A stretch of DNA of 64,000 nt, taken from NCBI GenBank assembly GCA_010015805.1, contig ML978126.1, forward strand, positions 1,302,001 through 1,366,000, read 5' to 3'. Positions 1 to 13,350 of this stretch are shown here, piece after piece. The DNA is from Rhizodiscina lignyota (Eukaryota). Positions within the stretch are counted from its first letter, which is position 1. Each line of letters opens with the position of its first letter. The position numbers and the translations under genes were made by a program. The notes beneath the pieces were generated by a model, which worked only from the letters and a program-made list of their open reading frames with translations, made no database searches and was not told where the DNA came from.

Positions 1-174
1 TTCACTGACGGCGGGTCCTCATTGATGGGCAACCCCAGCGTGTCAGATTTCGACGGTGCTCTGCTGAATCATGAATTTCCCATATCCATGACAGATATCT
101 TCTCTGGTGCTTGGCAGGACTTTCAAGCAGATGTGGGAGGTTTCCCGGTAGGGGGAGACTTCTTACCAATATGA
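1..174 (+). CDS. 3' end of a gene entering from the left; acidic/hydrophobic tail like a fungal transcription-factor activation domain
   Basis: Open frame from base 1 (FTDGGSSLMG...SMTDIFSGAWQDFQADVGGFPVGGDFLPI*) to TGA at 172-174. Confidence 0.45.
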   Translation, partial: FTDGGSSLMGNPSVSDFDGALLNHEFPISMTDIFSGAWQDFQADVGGFPVGGDFLPI

Positions 175-221
175 AGCGTCACCTCCCTCGAGATCCACCT
201 TGCCCAGTCCAGCTAGGGACC

Positions 222-454
222 CACGCGGGTGACAAAATAGTTAAGCGCGATCAATTGAACGGTCGCAGCAAGGGCAAGTTTTGTTCTTCAGCGCAGGCGA
301 GAGGATCTCTGAAAGCTCGATTTAATATATACTAGATAGTATGTATCTAGAGCACCCAGCTTTAGTGTGTATACTCTATATTAACGGAGGAGTATATACA
401 TCTTCGCGTTGAGATATATTACAGCTACGACTCAACTTTTTTGTCACCCACTTG
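222..454 (-). mobile_element. MITE copy A (233 bp, imperfect TIRs)
   Basis: CACGCGGGTGACAAAATAGTT at 222 and AACTTTTTTGTCACCCACTTG ending at 454 are inverted repeats; reverse complement is colinear with 19961-20193 (43/51 identical over 285-335 vs 20080-20130). Confidence 0.75.
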
Positions 455-835
455 GGGCCCAATCAACATGTTCTTCAACTCGCGAAGTGTCAGTTTGGTA
501 GAGGTCCGTGATACGGGTACTTCTATGCTAAGGCTGAACGAATGCCAGCCGTGTCAGCAAGGGGGATACTCCGTACATGGTGCGTTCTGGTAGCATAATT
601 GCTGCCGCAAATCACTATTTTCTCACATTCTTTGACACTGAGTTCCTGACGACAACGATTTCCCTCCCCAGGATGCGGTCTTCGACATGCCTTCCCACAA
701 TCAGCGCGTGCGTATCATTGGCTTCGAAGTTTACGTAGGAGCCATGAATCCTGTCATAACACAATAGTAGGTACAAAGTCCGGCCTTGCCCGGAGACTAT
801 ATCATCTCAAACTAAATGTCTCAGCACGCATCTGT

Positions 836-2394
836 CTATGTCTCTGCACCTAGCCCAAAACTTGGCGTAGTTGGCCGGCTCCTCTCTACTTTCATCAGCG
901 CAATATTCTCTCTCAGCGCCACGTACTCGCTATCTGCATAGCCTAGTACGCCACTAATCTCAGTGCTGCGCAGCCCTCGTATCCTCTTGATCTCAGCTGC
1001 GGAATAGTTTACAATCGCCCTTGCGACTTCCATCGGCGCTGGCGAGTGTCGCTCATATGCGAACCTTGGAGGCGAATCCGCGCCACTGCCACTCACGTAG
1101 GCAGTACCAATACCACTATTGGTTCGCGAATGTGTTCCTGGTCTCGGCGATGTCGTCCCATCGACTGTAGGACCCAGTGATGAAGAGCCGGGGAGACGCT
1201 TAACGGCGTAGACCCGGACGGCTTCTTGCTGCGCGAAGTTTCCTTCTACGCCGACGATACCAACAGGAAGCAGACCTGCTTTACGCTCCAAGGCGTTTGA
1301 AGCGCCTTCGTCAATGAAGATGCTGCCGTGCGGAGAGAGGCCGTTTAAGATCCAGAAGTTACGATCGCGGATCGGGTGAAGATCTGGGAGGAAGCGTGTG
1401 TGTAGCGGGGCGGAGATGTGGAGAGCCTCGTTTATTAGCGTAGGTGTTGAAGTACCAGATGATTTTACGGCAAGGATTTGTGAGGAGCTGAGAGATGCGG
1501 TCGAGTCCGCCAGAGGCTGAACGTCCCCGTTCCCGGGCTCGAAGGTAGTGGATTGACACGTGTCGGCGTTTAAGCGACTCTGACATTTCAATGTCTCTGC
1601 ATAGTTGATGATTTTCGCAACGTTTCCTGGCTCCGAAGATCGAGTAATGACCGTGGTGACTCCTGCTGCAGTTGCTAGTCTTGCTGCAACAATCTTCGTA
1701 CCCATTCCACCTGTGCCAAGTGCTGAACCAGCGCTCGATACATCGGCTTCTAAGTCAGCTATGTCCTCAACCACCTCAATAGGCTTTGCGTCCGGGTATT
1801 TGCGAGGATTCTTGTCGTACAAGCAGTCTACGTCCGTCATGAGGAACAGGTAGTCCGCCTGGACCATTCCAGCAGTAATGGCCGACAATGTGTCGTTATC
1901 TCCAAACTTGATTTCAGCGACGGAAAGAGTGTCGTTTTCATTCACGATCGGAATGACGCGCATATTGAACAGTTCATGCAGCGTATTCTGCGCATTCAAA
2001 TACTGCGTTCGGTCCGCAATGTCGTTCCGCGTGAGCAGAATCTGCGCAATTGGCTGTTCCACAAGACCGAATAAGTCTTCCCATATTCTCATGAGACGAC
2101 ATTGCCCGATTGCAGCCAATGCTTGGACCTGGGGAAGATGTTTCGGTCTCTTCTCAAGCTTCATGCGCTGGAGCGCCACACCAATGGCGCCGGAAGAAAC
2201 GAGGACCACATGATGGCCATCTTTTTGAAGCTTGCATGCGGTTTTGACAATTGAACTGAGAATCTCAATGAGTGGTTCGTGGGTGTTCTCGTCAACGATT
2301 GAACTTGTTCCTGTAACGGCGTTAGAAGACGGTCGAGCACTCGACATATTGTTTGTGATATACCGAGTTTTATAACGATCGTGAGGCGTTTCAT
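836..2394 (-). CDS. PRO1: Glutamate 5-kinase with C-terminal PUA domain; intron 2311-2363
   Basis: IVIKLGTSS, VSSGAIG, NENDTLS..FGDNDTLSA, GTGGMGTK motifs; GT-AG intron joins MKRLTIVIKLG to TSSIVDE. Confidence 0.95.
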
Positions 2395-2708
2395 GGCTGT
2401 AGTCTGTTAAGGAGCGAAATTGGAAGTAGAGTCATGAAGAATGCGGAGGCGGTCAATATAAGAAGTGTGCGAAAACCATGATGGTGTGTGACTGGTTGAC
2501 ACTCCGCGTAAAAAAAATCTGGGGCGCGCCGAGGTCGGGCAAATCCATGACTTCTCTACGCGCACGACTCGAGTAGCAACGCCCTATACACGACAAGTAA
2601 CGACCTTTTCAGTATAGCTCAACCCCAGGAGAGTTAAAACAGACACCGCAGCGACGCGTGAAGCTACTCGATTTGGTTCTCGAAGCCATTCAGCGCAATC
2701 TTACCACA

Positions 2709-3488
2709 ATGGCAGACGACTCGAGATTATCCACATCGTCGCCAAACAAATCGATCGAAGAGCTCACACCAGACAAGGCCTCAAAGCTTAGCCCGGAGGA
2801 AGCAAAGACGTACTACACATGGTCAAACTTCTTTGGTGCCTTGATGTCACCCGATGCCTTAGGGCGGACGTATGTCGCGGTGCAAAGCGTGGTAAATGAA
2901 GAGCGGGACTGCAAGAAATGCGACGAGTGGAAAGAATGGCTTTTCAGTAACAGTACGATCTCCTTGATTAACTAAGTTCGAGACTACCTTCTCACTCCAG
3001 CAGGCCCAATAATCCGCTTCCTGTCATCGGAAATCTCCAAAATCGGGCCACCTCTCGATCCCTCGCACGTCCGGTGTCGACGCTGTGGCGTCACCCAGTC
3101 TGGCGGCTTCGATTCCAACTATGGCATTCTACTCTGCGCAAACACCTTCCGCACGCGCGGCAAGCTCGAGGACACGCTAGCGCACGAGATGGTGCATGCG
3201 TGGGATCACAGCCGATTCAAGGTCGACCAGAATAATATGCGACATCAGGCATGCACTGAAATTAGGGCAGCGACGCTGAGCGGAGAGTGCAGATTCTACA
3301 GGGAGTTTTGGCAGAGGGGCCAGTACAAGGTCAGCGAGGGTTTCCAGGACTGCGTGAGGAGGAGGGCGGAGTTGAGCCTGAGAGCGAGGCCGCAGATCAA
3401 GGATGAGCAGATGGCGAAGAATGCGGTGAATGAGGTGTGGGATAGCTGTTTCACGGATACGAGGCCATTTGATGAGATTTATCGGTGA
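2709..3488 (+). CDS. ATP23: Mitochondrial inner-membrane metalloprotease Atp23; intron 2953-3003
   Basis: SPIIRF, HEMVH (HExxH), [27 protein letters not shown]-terminus. Confidence 0.93.
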
Positions 3489-4669
3489 ACTATGCGAGGG
3501 AGAATGCTCGAGGAGACCGCTCGAGGGCCAACGACGTAGTTGGTCATCGGGGAAGCTGCAATGCTAGAGCGCAAGCAGCTCTTGAAGCGAAGAGTGTAAG
3601 ATTTTACCCAGACCCATCACCGTTGCACACGGATACACCTAAATTCAATCGCAACTTCTGTCTCACCACCCTTCCACATAGGCACGCTTGTATTGAAATG
3701 GATTTCAGCGATCAATACGAATGGATCAGAAGCCTGCTCCACAGCTTGTCGCCTGACTTATCAGTTTCAATGCGGTCCACCTCGCTCAGCCGATGTAGAC
3801 ATCAACCGCCTGTTTAATGTGCAACACCTCCCAAGCGTGTCACGACCTCGAACACCGCTCACGAACCTCAGACCGTGTAAATGACGAAGGAACTGGCGAG
3901 GAGAGACATACCAGATGCGAATTGCTGAAGGGACAAGTCATTCTTCGGGTCGTGCCATCACTCTGGCTATAGGCCCGGAGCCTAAAGCATGTGAGCTCAT
4001 CTCGAGAGACCAAGAAAGAGACAGGGAGCAGTTGATCCCAGTAAAAGGTACCTTGGAATGCGTTTGAGTAGAAGAGAGTTCAACTGAGAGATGGTGAAAG
4101 TTGAACAGGTTTTCTGCACATCTTCGAACTCACACTTCCGGATGAATAATTGAATTTGCATAAGTTAGGACATGCTCAGTGAGCAGATTCCGGAAAACAT
4201 CAAATAGATCCTACGCGCACACGAAGCGCTGGGTGTTTAACATGGAGATGCATGCGCTATTTCAACTTGGAGAATAGCACCAGCTTGGCCGATCAAGGTC
4301 AGCCGCATGAGTTTCTGAATTTCCAGAAGTTGAGGCAATATAGATAAGTACACTCCACATATAATCGAATATAACCTTAGCACACAGGACAGGCAGCGCG
4401 TTTCAGATGGAGATGCATGCTTAGTAATGACTTCACGATATTCATGTTCATCTTTCCATGATGAGACCGACAAACTTCAAAATAATGTCAAACATTCTGA
4501 AGCCAGCATTATGAACTTTTTCATAATGCAAAGTGACGGCGTCTGCTTCGTCCATGTACAAAGGCTTCAAGAAGTTATCGCAACTCCTATGCTCCATTTC
4601 GATCACCGCTCAAACTCCAATCCCATCCACGTTTTAACAAAGGAATATTTATCGTTAAGCCGTCGAGAT

Positions 4670-5988
4670 TCATTTATCACCGCTTTTGCGCATCATCTTC
4701 GCTAATTCTGCGCTTCTGTTCGTTGCTCGTTCGCCCTTCACGCAGTGCTTAATTATCCAAGGGTGCCGCTCCACATCTTCTAGCGATATCCTCTTTTCCG
4801 GATCCACGACGAGTAGCTGTGGTCTTCGTTAGCTTCATAGTTTCCTCACATCTAGAATATGGCACCTACTTTCTTGATGAGGTCCTTCGCCTCAGCACTG
4901 ACATATCCAGGAACCGTCATTTCACACCGTACGATGCGTTTCTGCGTCTTGAGCGGCTCGTCTTCGAATGGCGCTTCCCCGCACAGGAACTCGTATGTCA
5001 AAACGCCCAAACTCCATAGATCAACCTTCTCTGAATAGAAGGAGTCGTTTCCGGTTGGCTTGATCATTTCCGGGGGAAGATAGTCTAACGTGCCGCACAT
5101 CGTTTTCCGTCTGTTGTTTGGCGCATGTACTGACCAGCCGAAGTCTGAAATCTTAATTTCCCCATGGATCCCGACGAGAATGTTCTCAGGCTTAATATCC
5201 CTATGCATGACATGCTTCTTGTGCAGGTACTTTAGCGCCGCCGCCATCTGCGCAATGTACTGTGCAGCCTTCCACTCAGGGAACCGGACTTCCTTCCTCA
5301 GATGTTTGTACAGCTCTCCCTTCCCAGCGAACTCCAGTATCAGAAATATACGCTTCGCGTCGTGGAAGTGACCGTACAGTCGAAGGATGTTGGGATGCGC
5401 AAGGTTCGACTGTATCTCGATTTCACGTCGCACCTGCTTTTCCACCTTCCCCATCTGCAGCTCAGACTTGTGCAGCACTTTCAGTGCGCAGATGAAGCCG
5501 CTCGAGCGGTGCTTTGCGAGATACACGCGCCCAAATTTGCCCTTACCGAGTGGCTTGCCGATTTCGAACATGCCAAGGTGGAATAGCTTTGGCGAACTGG
5601 GCTGTTGCGGAATGGAGCTTCGGACGTGGGTGAGCGCACTAGGATCGTCGGAGGGTCGGGAGGCTGCGCTGCTACTTTGGTCGCGATTATGTTGTGCGAC
5701 TTGTGAGGGGAGGTGGACTTTTGTAATCGTAGATGTGGTCGTGGTCGTGGATTGGAGCTTCTGGAGTGGCAGTTTCATGCGATTTCCGGCGGATGTAGAG
5801 GTGGCAAGACCGGTGAGAGTCATTGCGGTGGAGAGTGAGCCCTGAATTATGGTCAATTGCTATCCTTGATGCAGAACAGAGTTAAGTCTTACCTTGGACT
5901 TGTGATATGCCGAAGGGTTGTAAAGGTCATCATAGTCGTCGTTCACCGTGATGCGCTCGAAAGATGCTTCGAGCGTTTGCGTCCCCAT
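4670..5988 (-). CDS. IPL1: Aurora kinase (Ipl1/Ark1); introns 5842-5892 and 4817-4869
   Basis: [51 protein letters not shown]; canonical splice sites restore both termini. Confidence 0.95.
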
Positions 5989-6173
5989 TGTGAAGTGGAA
6001 TTAAAGAATGTGTAAGATGCAGATTCGGAGCTTTGTACTGTGCTCGGCCTTTTCTGCTGCTGTTGTTAGTAAGTGTCGAGCGATCGAGTTAGAGTTGAAG
6101 GGGTTCGCACCGTGCGGCGCAGTTTGAGGTGTTGTCGGTCGTTGCGCAGGGCAACCAGCAGCCAACTCCTCCT

Positions 6174-6402
6174 CGAGGTGATGGAAAAAGGTGCACATTG
6201 GCCACAGGTCAGTGAGCTGTTTAAATCATAATCGCCTATGTATAACTAGATTTTGTTCATTAAAGTCACTTGATCTGGAAAAACTCTGTCTGAGATTTAT
6301 TATCCTGAGATTTCAGCCATGCTCTCGCTGGAGCGGAAGAGGAAAACTCGTTTTCACAGCCAACTTTCGACGTCCATCTGAGTCGTTATTTTATAACCCT
6401 CA
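6174..6402 (+). mobile_element. Degenerate MITE copy B
   Basis: Core TTTCAGCCATGCTCTCGCTGGAGCGGAAGAGGAAAAC (~6311) matches the copy D core; TIR-like TTATTTTATAACCCTC near 6386-6401 at the expected spacing. Confidence 0.45.
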
Positions 6403-6686
6403 AGTTTATCTAGTGAGTCCAATTCTATGCTAGGAGCGTCGTATAAATGGTAAGAAGCTGAAGAGAGACTGACACATTTGTGATTATATCATGATCAATG
6501 ATACCTCCATTCCACCTTCAGCGAATGACCGATTAGCTACCGCCAAGATCCTTGAATATGGCTACGAAAGCTCACCGGCCCTTCCGCAAACCTTTTGATT
6601 TCATACACTTTCACTACAATTCCCCTCACGTTAGACAACGCTTTTTCTACACTGATAGGCCATTGTGATCTGTCCGCAATATCGTC

Positions 6687-7591
6687 ATGACCATGGCGAT
6701 CACCAAAGAAGGAACCGCCGCAACGAACGAGCCTTACCCATCTTCCGACTCGGACCACACCGTCACTCATGCAGGCTGGAAGATAACCACGCGAAAGTTG
6801 CCTATATTGAAGGCAGGACCAATAGAGGAGATGACGGAGAAGCTTGGTATCGCGCCGCCGGAGATGATCTTCGGCGACAATCTTGTGCGAGTTGAGCACC
6901 TCGCAAGCGGATGGAGTATCGAATTCAACGCTTTCGATGCGCTCGACTTGGTCGACAAGACTGGCGACACTATGCTGAAGGTCTCATACTCGAAGGAGTG
7001 GCAACAGAGCAGGTAAGCGCAATTCTATGCGTATAATTCTACCCCCGTCTAATGATTCTCAGAGAAAACAAATACGATGACGCGGATATTAAAGGCGTAG
7101 TAAAGCCGTTCGATTGGTCCTACTCAACCCCCTACTCTGGTACAGTCTCTACAGATTCATCATCCGCGTCCTCCTCACCTTCATTCGCCCCCATAACGAC
7201 TCCCATCCCACTCGAACTCCTCAAACGTCCCGATCCGATCCTCTTCTTTGACGACGTGATGCTCTACGAAGACGAGCTCGCCGACAATGGTATGTCAATG
7301 CTATCCGGCAAGATTCGTGTGATGCCCGCGCGCCTGCTCCTCTTGTGTCGCTTCTTCATGCGCCTCGATGACGTGGTTTTTCGGATACGGGACACGCGGG
7401 TCTTTGTGGAGTTCAAGACGGGCGAGGTGATTAGGGAATATACGGCACGAGAGGAGAAATTTGAGGCTGTGAGGGAGAGATTTGCAGGACGCAGAGCGGA
7501 GGATGCAAGCGCTGCGATGAGGGACGCGAATAAGTTAGCGGAGTACTTGCCGGTAGTGGAGCAGAGGTTGGAAGGACTGGTGTTAAAGTGA
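6687..7591 (+). CDS. TIP41: TIP41-like PP2A regulator; intron 7013-7062
   Basis: PEMIFGDN, VKPFDWSYST, LYEDELADNG, RFFMRLDDV.FRIRDTR motifs. Confidence 0.93.
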
Positions 7592-8754
7592 GACAGGCTT
7601 GCTGTTGCTTGGAAGCCTGGAAGGAATTATACTAGCGCAAGAACCCTGCATGGGGCTGCGCTATATGCTAAAGTCACAAGGTTTTGCGTGTGGCAGGAAG
7701 GGTTGGCCGAGACCTTAATGGGCCACGATCATGCAGTCACAACGTGGAAGTCATCACGATGATGGAGATTGGTTTGGCGATCGAGGATGTCGAATGCTCT
7801 CTTCTCATTTTTGAAAGCGAGCATGGCCCAATGACGAGAAGGTAAAGAGGCTGACTGCATCAGATTGGCAGAGAAATTTGTACTTGACTGAAATAGCGCA
7901 TGTCACACACTCGCTATTTGCGGGAGCCAGGACATTTGAGCATCGATATCAAGTTCGAAACACCGTATTCGACGGTAACTGCATGCCTTGCAAAGCATGC
8001 GGAAATCTATTAAGTCACGTCCATTCGCCTACGCCTCGAACATTCAATGAGCTTCAATTCGGTTAAGTCCGGAGTCACTTTCAGCGGATTGTAACGAGTA
8101 CTTAAGGACTTGTACAACTTCACCGGTACTCACGTTCTTTATAGGAGCCTGGACGTCCAAGCATAGCCTCCAAATTCGAGACCGCGTACTCGGCTCTGAC
8201 TGCAGATAGGTGAGAGATCCAAAAATCCACTAAGCAACACGTATTCGCCTAGGTTTCGAGCATTGAACCAGCTTCGATTGAGTTTATCATAACCCGGAGT
8301 CTCTTTCAGCAATTCATATACGCGAGAGGTCATACCGACTGATCAAGGGTTCGATCCGAAGTGCTGGTCTCCGGAGACGATATCCTGGTGCATCGTGCAA
8401 ACCCCTTTATGTAGCGACTGTGATACAGTTGCCACCAGTGTTTTGAGATTCCAAAACACGAATGGCAAAAGAGGCTATCAAAGCAGAAGACGCATCTGAA
8501 ATGCGCGTTCCGAAGCAAGAAGTGAGAAGCAAACATACCCAACTTTCATCGGACGTCATGAACCGTTGGACAATCTTGTCGTTCTTTCTGAGATTTTGTC
8601 CCTTCTTTTCGGCAACTTCTCGATTCTCACAAGTCTAATGAAGGTGACATAGCATGGATCGACAGAGGACGCTTCCACTTTTGGACCCCATTCGGCATAA
8701 CTCGAGCATAAGACAACCTCGCAAGTCAAGATTGACTGAGAGACTGCCACCATC

Positions 8755-9294
8755 ATGTCATTATTCGAAACAATCACAATTCGGCGCGCTGAGCCTAATG
8801 GCGAAGAATGTGCGTTCTTGACGGTTGTCCTTCATGAATTTGTGAAGCCGATGATACCCAGTTTGAAGGGACCACAATCTGGCGGTGCCTCAAGACCGTC
8901 AGCTCTAGCAGACGGGTCAACACTCTTAGTCGCAGAAACTTCCCAGCCGTTTGGAGAGAATGCTCCATATCCCAATATATGTGGCGGCGTTGCCTTGATT
9001 CCCCATGAGCAAGGCTCCAAGGGTTCTGTCGACTTCCCGGAAGGCGAGAAAGTTGGGGAGATCAAGAGGACGATAGTTCGCGTGGAGGCGCGTGAGAGAG
9101 GCGTTGGTTCGAAACTGCTTGCTTCGATTGAGAAGGAGGCAAAGGAGGAAGGCTATACTTACCTTGTTGTCGAGACCTTGAAACAGATGAGTCAGGCGCG
9201 GCGATTGTATGAGAGGAATGGATATACTCCGAGGGGCCTTTTTGGAAGCTACAGTGAGGAGGATAGCGTGTTGTACGAGAAGTGGTTAAGGTGA
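8755..9294 (+). CDS. GNAT-family N-acetyltransferase, intronless
   Basis: Acetyl-CoA motif ARERGVGSKLL; EIKR, LVVET, ARRLYERNGY motifs. Confidence 0.85.
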   Translation: MSLFETITIRRAEPNGEECAFLTVVLHEFVKPMIPSLKGPQSGGASRPSALADGSTLLVAETSQPFGENAPYPNICGGVALIPHEQGSKGSVDFPEGEKVGEIKRTIVRVEARERGVGSKLLASIEKEAKEEGYTYLVVETLKQMSQARRLYERNGYTPRGLFGSYSEEDSVLYEKWLR

Positions 9295-9438
9295 CATATT
9301 TTTCCCGTCTACCAGAAACAACGAGCTCAACCAGATCGGAGTCAACCGGTTCGAGGGAACTGGGGATCAGCACAAAGCATTTGTACCTCGACACAGGAAC
9401 TTAAATAGAATATACATTCAGGCATTTCCATCCAATCC

Positions 9439-11553
9439 CTACTGTAACTTGGTAAAGTACTCCAACATTTTCGGGTAATTCGGTGTGCCGAGCCCAGTGA
9501 CAGGATCCCAACCCTTCACTGCTTTGAAGCCATCTGTATTACAACCTGGGTTCGTGCCATTCGTAATGTCGTTCAATATCCACGGGTTCTTATACAGTGC
9601 TGGATTGATGAACCCAATGGGCTTCTTCCCCATGTTCAGCCGCGCATCATTGATCCTCGTCACAATAGCCGCAAAGATCGGCGACGAAGCTGACGTGCCG
9701 GCTTCCGTGATGGCCTCGCCTCCAACATATACCGCAATTTCCAGGCCGTTGGCTGCCACGTCAGGAATACCATGACCGATTCGGTTGTAGATGCCATCTC
9801 CGGCTTTAGAAGCGTTGAAGCCATCCAGTAGCTCGTAATATGGATACGGAGGATTGTGCTCCTTGAAGTACGTGTCAACAGCAGATTTCTGGTAGTCCGG
9901 GATCGGGTAGATGTTCGAGAAGCCGCCACTAGATGTGAAGACAACGGTGTTATTGTGGAAGAGCCCGAAAGCGGCAGATTCGGGATCGTTGACGGTGTTC
10001 CCGGGCGTGATCATGGTCGCCCCGACATTGGTCAAGTACGGGCACGAATTAGGATTCGTCGGGTTAAAGACGTTATCTTTGGGCCCTAGACAGCCATTGG
10101 GTCCGGTTCCGTTGCTACTCTGAACGCCAGCAACACCAGTGTCCCCAGATGCTACGAATACAGAAGTTCCCTGGAGGCCAAGCTTGAGGAACTCGTTGCA
10201 CTGTCTCTTCTGGTAGTTGGCTGGGAGGTCGATCTCTTGAACACCGTACGAAATGGAAATGACGTTGGTAGGCTTGTATGTCCCACACATGAGCGGCCCC
10301 TTGTAACCCCCTGGAGCAGGATCTGGGTACGTGGGGTCCAGAACTGGGTCATCACCGGTGACGCCGAACGCAGTATAGTTGCAGTAGGACCCGTCCAAGG
10401 CATCTAAGAAAGTGTTGCCGAAGCCTGCCGTCGGGATTTCGAAGGTAGCATATGGGATGTCATCTACCTGGTACACGACAATCTCTTGCGGGTAAACTAT
10501 TGGATATGCCAGCTGAAAGTCCAGATCAGACTCGCCGCCTGCGTTGGAAACATTGGTCGTCGGAGCCACACCACCATCAATGGATTTCAAAGTAGGGTGC
10601 GTGCCATTCGGAATGTACTTGGTGAAGTTGCTGAAAAACAGGTCAAGATCTTCCCTGATCACCACACAAGTTAGCAAAGGTCCCAGTGATGAAAAGATTG
10701 AATATTAACCCACTGGGCATAGAAGTCTCCTTCCTCAAAAATCCCCAGGGCATTACCAGGGGCGACATTCTTAGCCGGTTCAGGTATATGGTAAAGCGCT
10801 GCGATGCAAGCTGGAGTGATCGTTACATCACAATCCTTCAGATCTTGACTGCCATGGCCTGGGTGCCAAGGCTTCCACATTGGTGGACGATGATGGCCTG
10901 GACCCCATCCAAAGGAGGGAGATGCGCGTTTGGACAGGCCGCTAGTCGTCTTGCGGAGTTGGCTCGTCTTGACTCCAGGTGTGACATAGTCGACATGTTG
11001 CCGGATGTGAGAAGGCAAATGGTATTTATCACATGCAACAGACCATTTTCCATTCGACACATGCTCGTGCTCATAGAACTCGGCCTTCAGAAGCTCCTCT
11101 GCCTCCTTTGCTGTAGCATTGAAATGGAGCCAACCTCTGTTGGCAGAATGCAGGATCCGGTCGCTTGAAATTCCGGAATCGGCCAGCCATTGCGAAACCG
11201 TTTCGATGGTATCTTTACTCGGCGCGAATAGCTCGTGCACTTCCTCCTCTGTCCAGTGCTTTGAGTAATTTGGGGAGTCTGGATCAGACCTGGCTTTGTT
11301 AGTGTCTGGTTTGGGAAATTGGCGCCGTTTAGAACACCTACACGTCTATGAGGTGCTGATAGCCTTTCTCGAGATTCTGCTGTGTCAAGCCAATTTTCAT
11401 GGGCATGACAGCATGCGGAAACACCCTGTCTCGCTTGATCCAAGCATGCAAAGAGCCATCCCGTTCTTCATGAAGCTCATAGGAATTGTCAGGCGTTGGT
11501 CGCGCGCCCGCAAGGGCAGCGAGTGCGATAGTGGCCCAGAGAGTTCGCTTCAT
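9439..11553 (-). CDS. Secreted sedolisin (S53) protease, aorsin/tripeptidyl-peptidase type; introns 11290-11341 and 10655-10713
   Basis: Signal peptide and pro-domain, ESDLD, ASGDTG, GTSASSP catalytic motifs, GWDPVTGLGTP. Confidence 0.93.
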
Positions 11554-13350
11554 TGCTCAGGCAGGTTTCTTGAAATATTGGCGGGCTTCCAATTTCTACA
11601 CGTGAGGACAACCTTGGAAGCTGCTGCCCTAGTAGATCCTACAGGAAAGAACTGCATCATGCCACAGGCAATCACGCACTATTTATGAGATCCATGAAAG
11701 ATTGTTTACTCGGTACCGATAAGCTTGTACACCAGCGATCCCTAAAGTAGAACCTTTGTGGGGACCTGCCATTTTCAGTCTGGGGACGGAATTGAATCAT
11801 TTGGAAGCACGGGCATTTGGTCAGCATCTTGGTGGTTATCTTTCCATGGCCAGATGACTTCATGCGGGTCGTATACGTGCGGGTCGGTGCATGAACATGG
11901 AGAAAGGTCGAACCCATCAAATCCGATCAATTGAACAGGAAGGTCAAAGACGCTTTGCCGATCAATACGGCGGCTCCGCAGAAAACTTGCTGAGGTACGG
12001 AGACGGTGCAGCGCGATGCAGGCACAGAGGCGCGATAGCCCGAAGGATTGCTCTAACCCTAAAGGGAACCTGATATCGATATCTTATACCTAGGTACGGA
12101 GCACACCGATGCCGACTGTAGGAGCGGGGTTTTTAATGTAACATGGGATTCCGGCTAATACATCGCTCTCTCGCTTTCGACTTAATATCTCTTGATATCT
12201 GCTCAAGTGTCAGTCGAAAGTTGCAAAAGGCGAATCGCACAGCTTTAGAGAGAATTTGAATTAGGGCGGTTTGGAAGAAAAGCCCTGCATAAGTTTGAGT
12301 TCACTTTTCCCACGGACCGAAGACTTTTCGAAATCTCAATGATTGATCAGGCGATCTGTACGAGGGAAGATAGTTGCTAGTACCCCGGAGAGCGATAGAG
12401 GTCAGCTACTGATCTGAATACTTCCCCATCGATTCTGCTGTTGGACAATCTGCTATCCTCCATCTGATATCGTTCGGAATCAAGACCCTACGCTGGTGTG
12501 AATTTTTGAGTCTTCGGGATCCCAATTAATCTCCAGTTGTCTGTCACTATGGGTATACTAACTTTCTTCGTACTGAGGAACAAAATGTCGTTCGGATTGT
12601 GCCGTGTTCCTGAAGATATGAGCCTTCGCCTCGAATGGAAGGTCCTTCCAATCCGAGGAGTAAGATCCTTTTTCTCTCCTCGATCTCCCTTCCATCGCTC
12701 GAGCAAACCTTTTCTTCGTCATTGCAACACTTCTAAATTGACGTTATTTGGGCTAAATAAGAGGAAGATACGGGTGAGGTGAAGTTGGAATCGGATAACA
12801 GCGGCCGCTCATACCTAAATATGGTTTCTTGGTATCCTACTTGTGGTCCGAACTCGGGTCATCACTTTAAAATCTATTTGCACAACCTCAAAGCATGCAT
12901 GAGCTTATTTCAACCTGTTGCTACCGGTCTCACTCCTTTCGGCATTCCAGTTAACACAAAGTCTCTCATTTCCAACCCCATGCCGGGGTCGCGCAGCACT
13001 CGAGGATGCAGGGGGAGCGGAGCACCATAGAGTTACAGTGCCCTGAACGAATAGCCCTCAGCAATAGAGTCTTTTTTCAGCTAGTACTAGCCCTGCACTG
13101 TGGAATCGCTCTAAGATTGTCGAATCAGTAACCCATTCGCACGAGCGGTGCGTTGCGTTACTGAGTCTCAAAGCCATGGAGAAAGCAAGTCCCTCTTGCT
13201 TTAAATATGGAAGCCTTCGCTGAGACTCATGCGAATGCCAATGTAATTTGCCCTGAATTCCTTCATATCGAGATACTGTTACGCTGGCATGCACAAATGC
13301 AATGGTTTGAAAGAACAAAAGTATGAGAATCGTCCTCTGAGCAAATTCCC

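Noticed and set aside
1380..1600. Ser/Thr-rich insertion between the kinase and PUA domains of Pro1
   Set aside because: Low-complexity linkers are common in filamentous-fungal proteins.
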